IMG/VR virus record: IMGVR_UViG_3300048575_000434
Coordinates: 1 to 37,931 of that record
DNA: 37,931 nt
Source of the DNA: a virus
Lineage: Duplodnaviria > Caudoviricetes
Strand: one strand, 5' to 3'
Shown one piece after another: positions 8,337-15,721 of the stretch (its first letter is position 1; every line of letters begins with the position of its first letter). The translations under genes and the position numbers were made by a program. The notes under the pieces were generated by a model. The model was given only the letters and a program-made list of their open reading frames with translations. It did no database searches and had not been told where the DNA came from.

Positions 8337-9332
8337 TCATGCGGCTGCATCAGCCGCCTCGGGGGTCTGCATGAGGTACTGGCGCGCTTCGGCCAGGTCG
8401 TCGCCAAAGCGTTCCTCGAAGGCGTGTTGGGCCGCGCCTAACAGCTCAGCCAGGCTGTTGATGCTGTCTTGCAACGTGAGGGCCACCAGGGCCACACTGC
8501 GCGGCAGCGGCGCAGGGGCCTCGGGGTCGTAGCCTTCAGCCTGGGTAACCTCGTCCGTCCACCAGGTATCCAGGGCTTTGGCGGCTTCATGGTGCGCCGC
8601 AATGCCTTTAACGAGCAGCTTCTGTCGCTCGCTGATTTCCTGCAGGAAGGGGTCGAGCCTCTCATCCAGCGGCACCACCACGGGGCGCTTGCCGGCCAGT
8701 TTCTTTTCGGCCTTGTCGGCGCGTTCGCGCTCCTTCACACGCTGCTCGTTGGCATAGGCGTTGTCCTGCTTGGCCTGGCGCAGCGCCGCGCGGAGCTCCT
8801 TCACGCTCATGGTGGCCACATCGTCCAGGCTCAGCTCACCAGTCTGGCCGGTCAGCTCCAGCTCCTCGATCTGCTCATCGTCCAGGACGAGCATTTCCAG
8901 CAGCTTGGACTGGTTCCCGGCCGCCCCTAAAAGCCGCGACGTCGCGGCATTCGAGAACTTTCGGGCGGCGTGCATGAACCGTTGTGCCACCGTTACTTCA
9001 ATGCCCAGGACGTCAAGACGGGCCAGGAACTCTCCGTGCTGGCAGGCCGATTTGAGAACCGTCAACCCCATGCCAACCTGCAAGCAGGCCTCCACACTGC
9101 GCCGCATGTTGGCCGCGATGTCTCGCTGGATCAGGTCTGGGTCCGTGCAGTCGGCGGGCAACTGGTAGCCCAACTGCTGCGCAACGGCGCGAACGGTGCT
9201 CTCTTGCTGGCTGGTTGCCAGGGCAACGGCATTGCGTGCGCGGGCCTCCTGCTCTGCCATGTCGGCGGGCGTGGCGCCCACAAAATCAGGGCCACGCTGT
9301 TCTGCGGGGGCCAATGGTTTGCGTCCTGCCAT
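8337..9332 (-). CDS. DUF3102-like protein
   Basis: GMGLTVLKSACQHGEF...AQRFM...SKLLEML...MSVKELRAALR; AGGAGG Shine-Dalgarno; usual position upstream of B3-type transposases. Confidence 0.8.
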   Translation of the reverse strand: MAGRKPLAPAEQRGPDFVGATPADMAEQEARARNAVALATSQQESTVRAVAQQLGYQLPADCTDPDLIQRDIAANMRRSVEACLQVGMGLTVLKSACQHGEFLARLDVLGIEVTVAQRFMHAARKFSNAATSRLLGAAGNQSKLLEMLVLDDEQIEELELTGQTGELSLDDVATMSVKELRAALRQAKQDNAYANEQRVKERERADKAEKKLAGKRPVVVPLDERLDPFLQEISERQKLLVKGIAAHHEAAKALDTWWTDEVTQAEGYDPEAPAPLPRSVALVALTLQDSINSLAELLGAAQHAFEERFGDDLAEARQYLMQTPEAADAAA

Positions 9333-9358
9333 GTTGTGTTTCCTCCTTGGGGTTGTGG

Positions 9359-9667
9359 TCAGATGGCGCGCGTGTAGCGCTGGTCGATGTCGTCAACGCG
9401 CTGGCGCACGCGGCGCAGCTCGTCGTCGTGGGCACGGGCAAGCTGGATCAGCTTCGGGGTCAGCCGCCAGCACTCTTCGTTGCCGGGAATTCGTTCGGCT
9501 ACCCCCTCGTCGGCGAGCAGCTCCAGGTCGCGCAGCGCCATGGGCGGGGCTACCTGCAGGGCCTCGGCCACTTGCTTGAGGCGCAGGCCGTCGAACGCGT
9601 GGCCCTGCAGAGCCCACAGCAGGCGCAGCGCTCGGCGGGCGGGTTGGTGGTGTTGGGGGTTGCTCAT
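9359..9667 (-). CDS. IclR-like winged HTH DNA-binding protein
   Basis: RALRLLWALQGH...GLRLKQVAEAL...ALRDLELLADEG...WRL. Confidence 0.8.
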   Translation of the reverse strand: MSNPQHHQPARRALRLLWALQGHAFDGLRLKQVAEALQVAPPMALRDLELLADEGVAERIPGNEECWRLTPKLIQLARAHDDELRRVRQRVDDIDQRYTRAI

Positions 9668-10140
9668 GGCTCGAACTCCAGTTCCGGCGCGGCGTAGCGC
9701 CCCACATTGGCTTGATGGAATGCCACCTGCTCCAGGTGCGCGCGCAGCGCATCGGTGGTGGCAGCGAGGTCGGCTGACGCCGGATCGGCATAGAACTTGG
9801 TGAGCAGCGTCAGCGCGGCGGCGCAGCTGCTGTTCACGGCCAGCAGGTCGGCCTCCGTCACGGTGCGGCCCGTGGGCATGGGCACCACCAGCCGGCCGGC
9901 GCTGGCCGCCAGCCAGTCGCTCACGAAATGGGCGCCACAGGCGTGCTCATAGGCCGGGATCAGGATGGCCGGCATGCGGCCCGTGGCGAGCCACTTGTAA
10001 AGGTTGTCGTGGCTCTGGCCCATGCGGTCGGCAATGCGTTCCACACCCAGGTTGTGGCGGTCTAGGGCGAACTCCTTGCAAAGCCGCAAGGCGTGCGTGA
10101 GGCTGTTCGCACGGGCGTGTTTCCAATTCCTGCGGCTCAT
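9664..10140 (-). CDS. Phage regulatory protein (CII-like HTH)
   Basis: VERIADRMGQSHDNLYKWLATGRMP helix-turn-helix; coupled to the next gene. Confidence 0.7.
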   Translation of the reverse strand: MSRRNWKHARANSLTHALRLCKEFALDRHNLGVERIADRMGQSHDNLYKWLATGRMPAILIPAYEHACGAHFVSDWLAASAGRLVVPMPTGRTVTEADLLAVNSSCAAALTLLTKFYADPASADLAATTDALRAHLEQVAFHQANVGRYAAPELEFEP

Positions 10141-10643
10141 TGGAAGGCCCTCCCGAACAGGGCTTCCAAACAAAGAACCCGCCCGCCTCTGGTGGCGGCT
10201 GCACGGCTCTGCTGCAATGCCCCCCAGGAGGAAACCAATGGCCGAAACCGTACTGATCGAACGAATAGTCGAACGCGCTGTGTCTGCGCGCCTTGCCCCG
10301 CTGGAGCACCAACTGTGGGCGCAGCACTGCCTGTTGACCGAGCTGGTGCGCCAGCTCCCGCGCCACGCAGTGGTGGACGCTGCGCGGCGCCTGCACCAGC
10401 TGAACATTGCCGAGGAACCGCCGCGAAAGGTGGCGTTGCTGGAGGCATGCACTGGCTGGCAGGCGTACCTCGGGCAGCTCGCAGGCTTTGTAGAAGGAGA
10501 TACGCCTCCGCCACTTCACCCAGGGCGGCCAGTGCCTCCACGCCCGCCGTCGATATGTTGACTTGGGCCAAGTATTCGCGCCATGGATCGGCGATGCGAA
10601 ACAGCGGTGCGCCAGTAAGATGCATGCTGGACATACCGCTCAT
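10137..10643 (-). CDS. Hypothetical protein (168 aa) coupled between ner and the CII-like gene
   Basis: ATGA overlaps at both ends (10640-10643 and 10137-10140). Confidence 0.4.
   Translation of the reverse strand: MSGMSSMHLTGAPLFRIADPWREYLAQVNISTAGVEALAALGEVAEAYLLLQSLRAARGTPASQCMPPATPPFAAVPRQCSAGAGAAQRPPLRGAGAGAPARSTGSAAPTVGAPAGQGAQTQRVRLFVRSVRFRPLVSSWGALQQSRAAATRGGRVLCLEALFGRAFQ
10238..10561 (+). CDS. Counter-oriented hypothetical protein (107 aa)
   Basis: AGGAGG Shine-Dalgarno 6 nt before ATG 10238; amphipathic helical sequence with Pro-rich tail. Confidence 0.6.
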   Translation: MAETVLIERIVERAVSARLAPLEHQLWAQHCLLTELVRQLPRHAVVDAARRLHQLNIAEEPPRKVALLEACTGWQAYLGQLAGFVEGDTPPPLHPGRPVPPRPPSIC

Positions 10644-10885
10644 GCCGCGCGCAGTTGCATGTGGGGCGCGGTGCCACGCGATACCGTGCCGGCCTTCAGA
10701 CCCAGTTCCACGGCGATGTTGTGGCTCTCGCCACGCAGGCACTTGCGATGGGGGGCACGGTCGTCGTCGTTGACGATCATGCAGACCAGCGCGGCCGAAT
10801 AGCCGCGCTGCTTGGCCCAGTCGGAGTACGACCAGCCACGGCTGGCGAACTCGTCGCGGACCTGCTTGCGGGTTTTAAGGGGCAT
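10640..10885 (-). CDS. Ner-like DNA-binding protein (BcepMu gp16-like)
   Basis: KTRKQVRDEFASRGWSYSDWAKQRGYS...RGESHNIAVELGLK; divergent from the repressor. Confidence 0.85.
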   Translation of the reverse strand: MPLKTRKQVRDEFASRGWSYSDWAKQRGYSAALVCMIVNDDDRAPHRKCLRGESHNIAVELGLKAGTVSRGTAPHMQLRAA

Positions 10886-10952
10886 GGTGGTGCGTCCTTT
10901 TGTGTTGTCACCAGTTGGCGCTGGTGGCTTGTTGTTGAAACGTGTTATGGCA

Positions 10953-10981
10953 ATTATTTCTCCACTTGGCGAATTCGTCAA
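10953..10981 (-). promoter_or_regulatory. Early (lytic) sigma70 promoter
   Basis: Minus strand TTGACG (10976-10981), 17-nt spacer, AATAAT (10953-10958). Confidence 0.75.
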
Positions 10982-10991
10982 GTGGAGAAAT
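10956..10991. promoter_or_regulatory. 36-bp near-perfect palindrome, probable repressor/Ner operator
   Basis: ATTTCTCCACTTG-GCGAATTCGT-CAAGTGGAGAAAT has a single mismatched pair and covers the early promoter. Confidence 0.75.
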
Positions 10992-11012
10992 TGGCCTCGC
11001 TTTGATTGACGT

Positions 11013-11444
11013 ATGCCTAGAAAACCGGAGCTATCCCAAGAAGATCAGGCAAGCAGAGAGAGGCTTGGCGCGGCGATACGCATCGCGGCAGCGACCCGGA
11101 ACATGAAACCTGCTGATCTCGCTAAGGCAGGTGGGGTGAGCCTCGCCCACCAATACAGGATCGAGAGCGGCGAGAGAACTCCTGACGCCCTCTATCTCAT
11201 GAAGATCGCGCGACTGCTTGGGGTGTCCCTTGACGAGTTGTGCTGGGGGAAGTCAGACCAAGAGTTGGTGCCTGGCGGCCCAAAAGAGGTGCCTCAAAGT
11301 GCAGCAGGTGTGGGAGGGATACACGCCGATCACGTCAGTGGCGGATTCAACATCGGGTCGGTGCATGGCGGGAGCGTCACACAGGGTGCTGTTACCAACA
11401 CCGGCTCCGTCACTTTTCATCCACCGAAGACCCGTCGTAAATGA
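11013..11444 (+). CDS. XRE-family HTH prophage repressor with Gly/Val/Asn-rich C-terminal tail
   Basis: MKPADLAKAGGVSLAHQYRIESGERTPDALYLMKIARLLGVSLDEL; divergent from ner; no peptidase S24 domain visible. Confidence 0.88.
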   Translation: MPRKPELSQEDQASRERLGAAIRIAAATRNMKPADLAKAGGVSLAHQYRIESGERTPDALYLMKIARLLGVSLDELCWGKSDQELVPGGPKEVPQSAAGVGGIHADHVSGGFNIGSVHGGSVTQGAVTNTGSVTFHPPKTRRK

Positions 11445-11460
11445 GGAACTGGAGACAGTG

Positions 11461-11976
11461 ATGCACATCGACTATGCCCATGGTCAAGTGGCACAGACCA
11501 TTCACAACTACGGGGATGTCTACCTCGATGGCAGCCCCGCTGAGTCCAGCAAGAAAAACCGGTTTCTTGCATTGGCAAAGGAAAAAATGCCCGACTCCTG
11601 TCACCACCAACTGGAGTGGATCGTGAACCATTCAGACGTGCACGGCGAGTGCTTGTTGCTGGCGTGCGATGCCAAGGCGCTGGTTTGTAAGGATGGCCGT
11701 CTTGCGCAGGCGTTGGCCTTGCCTGCATACGCCTTCGGGGGGCTGTGCATTGCCATACTTTTTGCTTTTAGCGCCCTTTGCACCTGGATTTGGATGTCGT
11801 TACATCAAAACTTATCGATGGCCAGCGAGGGGATTCTTTTCGCCTTCATTTCGGCAGGCGCTTTGACCATCTATTGGTTACAGCGACGCTACTTTTATTC
11901 GCATCTAGTCGCTCAGCGGGTAGTGACTGCTCTTGCTCGCCCAAGACGCGGGGCCAGGCGTGGCAAGCGCGCATAG
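11461..11976 (+). CDS. Two-TM membrane protein with N-terminal beta-rich motif
   Basis: GGAG Shine-Dalgarno before ATG 11461; two hydrophobic segments near the C-terminus; basic tail. Confidence 0.7.
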   Translation: MHIDYAHGQVAQTIHNYGDVYLDGSPAESSKKNRFLALAKEKMPDSCHHQLEWIVNHSDVHGECLLLACDAKALVCKDGRLAQALALPAYAFGGLCIAILFAFSALCTWIWMSLHQNLSMASEGILFAFISAGALTIYWLQRRYFYSHLVAQRVVTALARPRRGARRGKRA

Positions 11977-12032
11977 TGTCCGATGACACGGTAGTTCGCC
12001 CCCAATCAACCGTTCTTCACAGGAGAGTAGTC

Positions 12033-12389
12033 ATGGAGCCCATATTCGGGTTTTTGCTTTTCGGGGTTGCAAGCGTGATCGCGTCAATCGTTGCTCGCAA
12101 GCGCGGTAGATCCGGCCTGCTGGTGTTTGGGTTCTGCTTGATCGCCGGCTTCGTTCTCGTCGTCGTCACCAACAACGCTGGCGGAGGCGCTGTCGGCGCG
12201 GGATTCGCTGCCTTTGCCGCCCCAATAGCAGCCTTGGTCTGGGCCACGTCTACCCGCAGTAGCGAACAGTTGGCCGTATCAACTGGGGAGCATGGCGATT
12301 TCAAGAAGTGCCCGTTTTGCGCGGAGTCTGTGCGCAAAGAGGCCGTGAAATGCAAGCACTGCGGTAGCACTCTGGACAGCGCTGGCTGA
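12033..12389 (+). CDS. Membrane protein with C-terminal zinc ribbon
   Basis: AGGAG Shine-Dalgarno; three hydrophobic segments with ARKRGRS loop; KKCPFCAESVRKEAVKCKHCGS. Confidence 0.85.
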   Translation: MEPIFGFLLFGVASVIASIVARKRGRSGLLVFGFCLIAGFVLVVVTNNAGGGAVGAGFAAFAAPIAALVWATSTRSSEQLAVSTGEHGDFKKCPFCAESVRKEAVKCKHCGSTLDSAG

Positions 12390-12397
12390 GACATGGC

Positions 12398-12718
12398 GTG
12401 ACCGTACGCCACGCCCTTGCCCAGTCGGCTATGGCCCTGTGCCTGGTGTCGCTTGCTACGGACGCCGACGCCCGGATCCCCCGCTCCAGCGCAGCAGTGG
12501 CCGAGTTCAAGCGCCAGAACCCATGCCCCATCAACAGCGCCAGGCGCGGCCCCTGCCCAGGGTATGAGGTGGACCACATCGAGCCCCTGTGTGCTGGTGG
12601 GCCAGACGTGCCGGTCAACATGCAGTGGCTCACACGCCAGGCGCACAGGGAGAAGACGCGGCGGGATGTAATGCGTTGCAGGCGAATGAAGATTTCACAG
12701 ACCGACAACTACTCATAA
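12398..12718 (+). CDS. Small HNH endonuclease-fold protein with predicted signal peptide
   Basis: CPGYEVDHIEPLCAGGPDVPVNMQWLTRQAHREKT; N-terminal hydrophobic stretch ending in ADA. Confidence 0.8.
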   Translation: MTVRHALAQSAMALCLVSLATDADARIPRSSAAVAEFKRQNPCPINSARRGPCPGYEVDHIEPLCAGGPDVPVNMQWLTRQAHREKTRRDVMRCRRMKISQTDNYS

Positions 12719-12733
12719 CGAAAGGGGATTGAG

Positions 12734-12928
12734 ATGACAGACAAGAAAACACCGCCGCCGCCACCGCCGCCACCACCGCCGCCACCACCGCCACCACCGC
12801 CGCCACCACCACCGCCACGAAGTACATCCACGGCAACGGGTACCGCAAACTTTCGTGAGGCCAAAGGCAGCGACAACGCTGTCTATTTTTCCCCGCCGCC
12901 GCCACCACCTCCGCGTCCGCCAAAGTGA
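12734..12928 (+). CDS. Poly-proline peptide (64 aa; runs of 22 and 7 Pro)
   Basis: AAAGGGGA Shine-Dalgarno; the repeat varies only at the third codon position (CCG/CCA). Confidence 0.7.
   Translation: MTDKKTPPPPPPPPPPPPPPPPPPPPPPRSTSTATGTANFREAKGSDNAVYFSPPPPPPPRPPK
12752..12817 (+). repeat. (CCR)22 trinucleotide repeat
   Basis: 66 nt of CCG/CCA codons read directly from the sequence. Confidence 0.95.
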
Positions 12929-12970
12929 CAGCAATGGCGCAAAGTCGCTATGCGGTGCCACAATCCGGCC

Positions 12971-13501
12971 ATGACGACCGATGCCACACTGACGGAAGAG
13001 GACCGGCGCCTTGACGCGCTTTGGGCTCAGCGTTGCGCCGTGCTGCGCAATGCCTGGGTTCAGGTGCGCTACCACCGGCGGCGCCAGCGGTTTTTCGACC
13101 TGGTGGACAAGGGGACCAAGGCGATCACCGTGGTGCTCGGGGCTTCGCTAATGGGCAAGTTCTTTGTCGATCAATTCCCTTGGTTCGCTGGCGGCATCAC
13201 CTCGCTTGGTTTGTTGGCACTGGTGTTCGGCTATGGCGACCGAAAACAATTGCATAAGGAACTGGCCGAACAGGCCGCAGCATTGGCGGCCTCCATCGAG
13301 CAGGTGCCCGTGAGGGATTTGTCGGTGGACAAGACGGCGGCATGGGCTGCTGACTACGTGCGCATATGCGCCAAGGCGCCGCCCCCGCTCAAAACCCTCA
13401 GCCTGATCTGCGAAAGCGAGCAGTCGGCCGCTGATGGCCATCCCGGCCATGTAAGCATGCCGCACTGGCTACGGCGCGCTGTGGCTGACTTCAAAAGCTG
13501 A
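12971..13501 (+). CDS. SLATT-like two-TM effector protein
   Basis: VRYHRRRQRFFD, two short TM helices, then H..LA helical tail; start ATG 12971 (alternative 12950). Confidence 0.6.
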   Translation: MTTDATLTEEDRRLDALWAQRCAVLRNAWVQVRYHRRRQRFFDLVDKGTKAITVVLGASLMGKFFVDQFPWFAGGITSLGLLALVFGYGDRKQLHKELAEQAAALAASIEQVPVRDLSVDKTAAWAADYVRICAKAPPPLKTLSLICESEQSAADGHPGHVSMPHWLRRAVADFKS

Positions 13502-13548
13502 AATAAGGTCCCAGTTCCCAATACACGGCGCCCCGAGACAGGAAGACT
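13501..13548 (+). promoter_or_regulatory. Late promoter 1 (lysis operon) with candidate Mor/C activator site
   Basis: AAATAAGGTCCCAGTTCCCAATAC, 18 nt, AAGACT; 20/24 identical to the motif at 21919. Confidence 0.65.
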
Positions 13549-13572
13549 GACGGCTTTCGAGCTGTCATCTTC
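13542..13572 (+). terminator. Hairpin ending the accessory operon (possible terminator)
   Basis: TGACGGCT-TTCG-AGCTGTCA, extendable by GAAGA/TCTTC; U-tract is weak. Confidence 0.4.
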
Positions 13573-13595
13573 AACCCTCTCGGAGCTGCCGTGTA

Positions 13596-13958
13596 ATGCG
13601 AGACTTCATCCCCACTTGGCTGCGCGCGCCGCGCGCCACCACCTGGCTGCTGCTTGCAGTCGCCCTTCTGGTCGCCGTCGCGATCTTCGCACCTGAGCAC
13701 CAGCGGTTAGTGGTGCTCTACAAGGCTTGCCTGGTCGCGCTGGCCGCAGTGCTGGGCTACTGGCTGGACCGCACGCTCTTCCCCTACGCCCGGCCGGACG
13801 GCTACCTGCATCGCGACTGGCGCTACGGCACCGATGAGCCCGAGGGCGATGTGGACTATCCCGTTGTCGCGGGCTACGAGGCCGTCTTCCTGTGGGCCAT
13901 GGTGCGCCGCGCTTTGGTCGTGGGCGCTGCCATGCTCGCCATGGCCACGGGGCTGTGA
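13596..13958 (+). CDS. Putative holin
   Basis: Two to three TM segments with LGYWLDRTLFPYARP and RRALVV; precedes the endolysin. Confidence 0.85.
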   Translation: MRDFIPTWLRAPRATTWLLLAVALLVAVAIFAPEHQRLVVLYKACLVALAAVLGYWLDRTLFPYARPDGYLHRDWRYGTDEPEGDVDYPVVAGYEAVFLWAMVRRALVVGAAMLAMATGL

Positions 13959-14569
13959 TGCGCTGGTCCCGCATTCCCGCATGGGGCTGGCTTGCCGCTG
14001 CGGCGCTTGCCGTGGCCGCAAGCTGCAGCCATGCGCAAGTGCCACAGGCCGCGCAGCAGCACCGCGCGCTGCTGGTGCGCACCGCGCACGCCGCCTGGGG
14101 TCTGGATGCGCCCGTGGCCGTCTTCGCGGCACAGGTGCACCAGGAGAGCGCATGGCGCCCCGATGCCGTCTCGCACGTCGGCGCCCAGGGCCTGGCGCAG
14201 TTCATGCCCGCCACCACGCGCTGGATCGCCAGCCAAAGCCCCGCTCTGGCCGCGCAGCAACCCTTCAGCCCGGCCTGGGCGCTGCGCGCCCTGGTCACCT
14301 ATGACCGCTGGCTGTACGACCGTGCGCCAGCCCACTACCTGCCGCGCGACCGCATGTGGGTTGCGCTGCGCGCCTACAACGGCGGGCTCGGCCACTGGCA
14401 ACGAGAGGCGGCGAGTACCGGGCTCGCGCAGCCGACCCGAGCCCAGGTGGACGCGGCCTGCGGCAAAGCCCGCCGCGCGGCCGTGCACTGTCCTGAAAAC
14501 CTGGGCTACCCCCACCGCATCCTGGTGGTGATCCAGCCCCGCTATCTGCAATGGGGGCCTGGCCTATGA
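13958..14569 (+). CDS. Endolysin, lytic transglycosylase (SLT) with N-terminal signal/anchor
   Basis: QVHQESAW, GAQGLAQFMPAT and AYNGG motifs. Confidence 0.92.
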   Translation: MRWSRIPAWGWLAAAALAVAASCSHAQVPQAAQQHRALLVRTAHAAWGLDAPVAVFAAQVHQESAWRPDAVSHVGAQGLAQFMPATTRWIASQSPALAAQQPFSPAWALRALVTYDRWLYDRAPAHYLPRDRMWVALRAYNGGLGHWQREAASTGLAQPTRAQVDAACGKARRAAVHCPENLGYPHRILVVIQPRYLQWGPGL

Positions 14570-15003
14570 GCAGCGCCGCCACCGTGGCCGTTGCTGGCCT
14601 GCTGCTCGCCATTGCCGCCGGAGTCGGCGGCTACGGCTACGGCCTGGACCAGGGCAAGGCCCTGGAAAAGGGCCGCCAGGATTCCAAGGCCCTCGACGCG
14701 GTCACCGAGCAGCTCTCGGCGCATGCCGATCTGGTCAAGCGCTCCGGCGCCGCCAGCCGCAGCATGCGCACCGCCATGGCCCAGCTCGAAAAGGCCAACA
14801 CCCAAACCACCACGGAGATGGCCGATGCCCTCACCACCACGGCTCTTGATCGCGCTGACTGCGTGTTTCCTCCTGGCGTCATGCGCGGCCTCGAAGCCGC
14901 CCGTGACCGCGCCGCCCAAGCCGCTGCCAGCGGAGTACGCGGTGCGCTGCCCACCGCCCCCGCCAGCGCCGAGGGGCCAGCAGGTGGACCCGGTCGCCCT
15001 TGA
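14566..15003 (+). CDS. Inner-membrane spanin (Rz-like)
   Basis: N-terminal TM, helical periplasmic part and single Cys; follows the endolysin. Confidence 0.75.
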   Translation: MSSAATVAVAGLLLAIAAGVGGYGYGLDQGKALEKGRQDSKALDAVTEQLSAHADLVKRSGAASRSMRTAMAQLEKANTQTTTEMADALTTTALDRADCVFPPGVMRGLEAARDRAAQAAASGVRGALPTAPASAEGPAGGPGRP

Positions 15004-15097
15004 ACTCAAGTCCATGTATGACCTGTACGGCCAATGCGCCGGCCGCATGACGGACCTCTTGAACTGGCTCGACACGGAGGGCGTGGGTGGTAGATGA
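14825..15097 (+). CDS. Outer-membrane spanin lipoprotein (Rz1-like), overlapping Rz
   Basis: GGAG Shine-Dalgarno, lipobox LLASC and Pro-rich linker in the +1 frame of Rz. Confidence 0.8.
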   Translation: MPSPPRLLIALTACFLLASCAASKPPVTAPPKPLPAEYAVRCPPPPPAPRGQQVDPVALELKSMYDLYGQCAGRMTDLLNWLDTEGVGGR

Positions 15098-15317
15098 CAT
15101 CGACCGCGCCCAGGCGCGCGAGGCCGAGCTGCTGCAGGACGCGCTGCGCGACCAGGCCCGGCGCGCCGGCCTGGCAGGCAAGACGGCCGCCGACTCGGCC
15201 GAGTTCTGCGAAGCAAGGGGCTGTGGTGCTCCGATCCCCGAGCAGCGGCGCCAGGCCGCGCCGGGTTGCAGGTTCTGTGTGGCGTGCAAGGCACGCCTTG
15301 AAAAGAAGAAAGGCTGA
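15087..15317 (+). CDS. TraR/DksA C4 zinc-finger protein
   Basis: DDIDRAQ...C....CGAPIPEQRRQAAPGCRFCVAC. Confidence 0.88.
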   Translation: MVDDIDRAQAREAELLQDALRDQARRAGLAGKTAADSAEFCEARGCGAPIPEQRRQAAPGCRFCVACKARLEKKKG

Positions 15318-15319
15318 CC

Positions 15320-15721
15320 GTGAATCTGCAGATCGACTTTTGGCAGTTGCTGGGCTTCGGCGCGGCCTTGCTGTCGGGGTTTGCGGCAATCATTTTTGGC
15401 GCGGGGCGGTTGATCGCGGCGCAGTTTGAATCGCGGATCGAGGAACGGTTCGACGTGATGACCAAGGCCAGCGAGGCGCAGGAGGCGCGCACCAATGAGC
15501 GCTTCGACGCCCTCCAGCGCGCACGCGAGTTCGAAGCCCAGGGCATCACGAACCTGGAGCGCGAGTTTCTGCGGTTCCAGGCCGACATGCCGCTGCACTA
15601 CGTGCGCCGCGAGGACTACGTGCGCGGCCAATCCATCGTGGAGGCCAAGCTCGACGGCCTGGCTTCCAAGATCGACAACGCGCAGCTGCGCGCATCCATG
15701 ACCGACCGAGGGAGCCCATGA
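15320..15721 (+). CDS. Membrane-anchored coiled-coil protein (Mu gp25 position)
   Basis: N-terminal TM; MPLHYVRREDY motif; gene order. Confidence 0.7.
   Translation: MNLQIDFWQLLGFGAALLSGFAAIIFGAGRLIAAQFESRIEERFDVMTKASEAQEARTNERFDALQRAREFEAQGITNLEREFLRFQADMPLHYVRREDYVRGQSIVEAKLDGLASKIDNAQLRASMTDRGSP

Noticed and set aside
6425-8374. 649-aa plus-strand ORF
   Set aside because: Mirror frame of the transposase
12630-13075. Minus-strand Trp/Arg-rich and Val/Ala-rich ORFs across the CCR repeat; repeat as a CRISPR or VNTR
   Set aside because: Only the plus-strand Pro frame has an RBS and purely synonymous variation; there is no repeat-spacer structure
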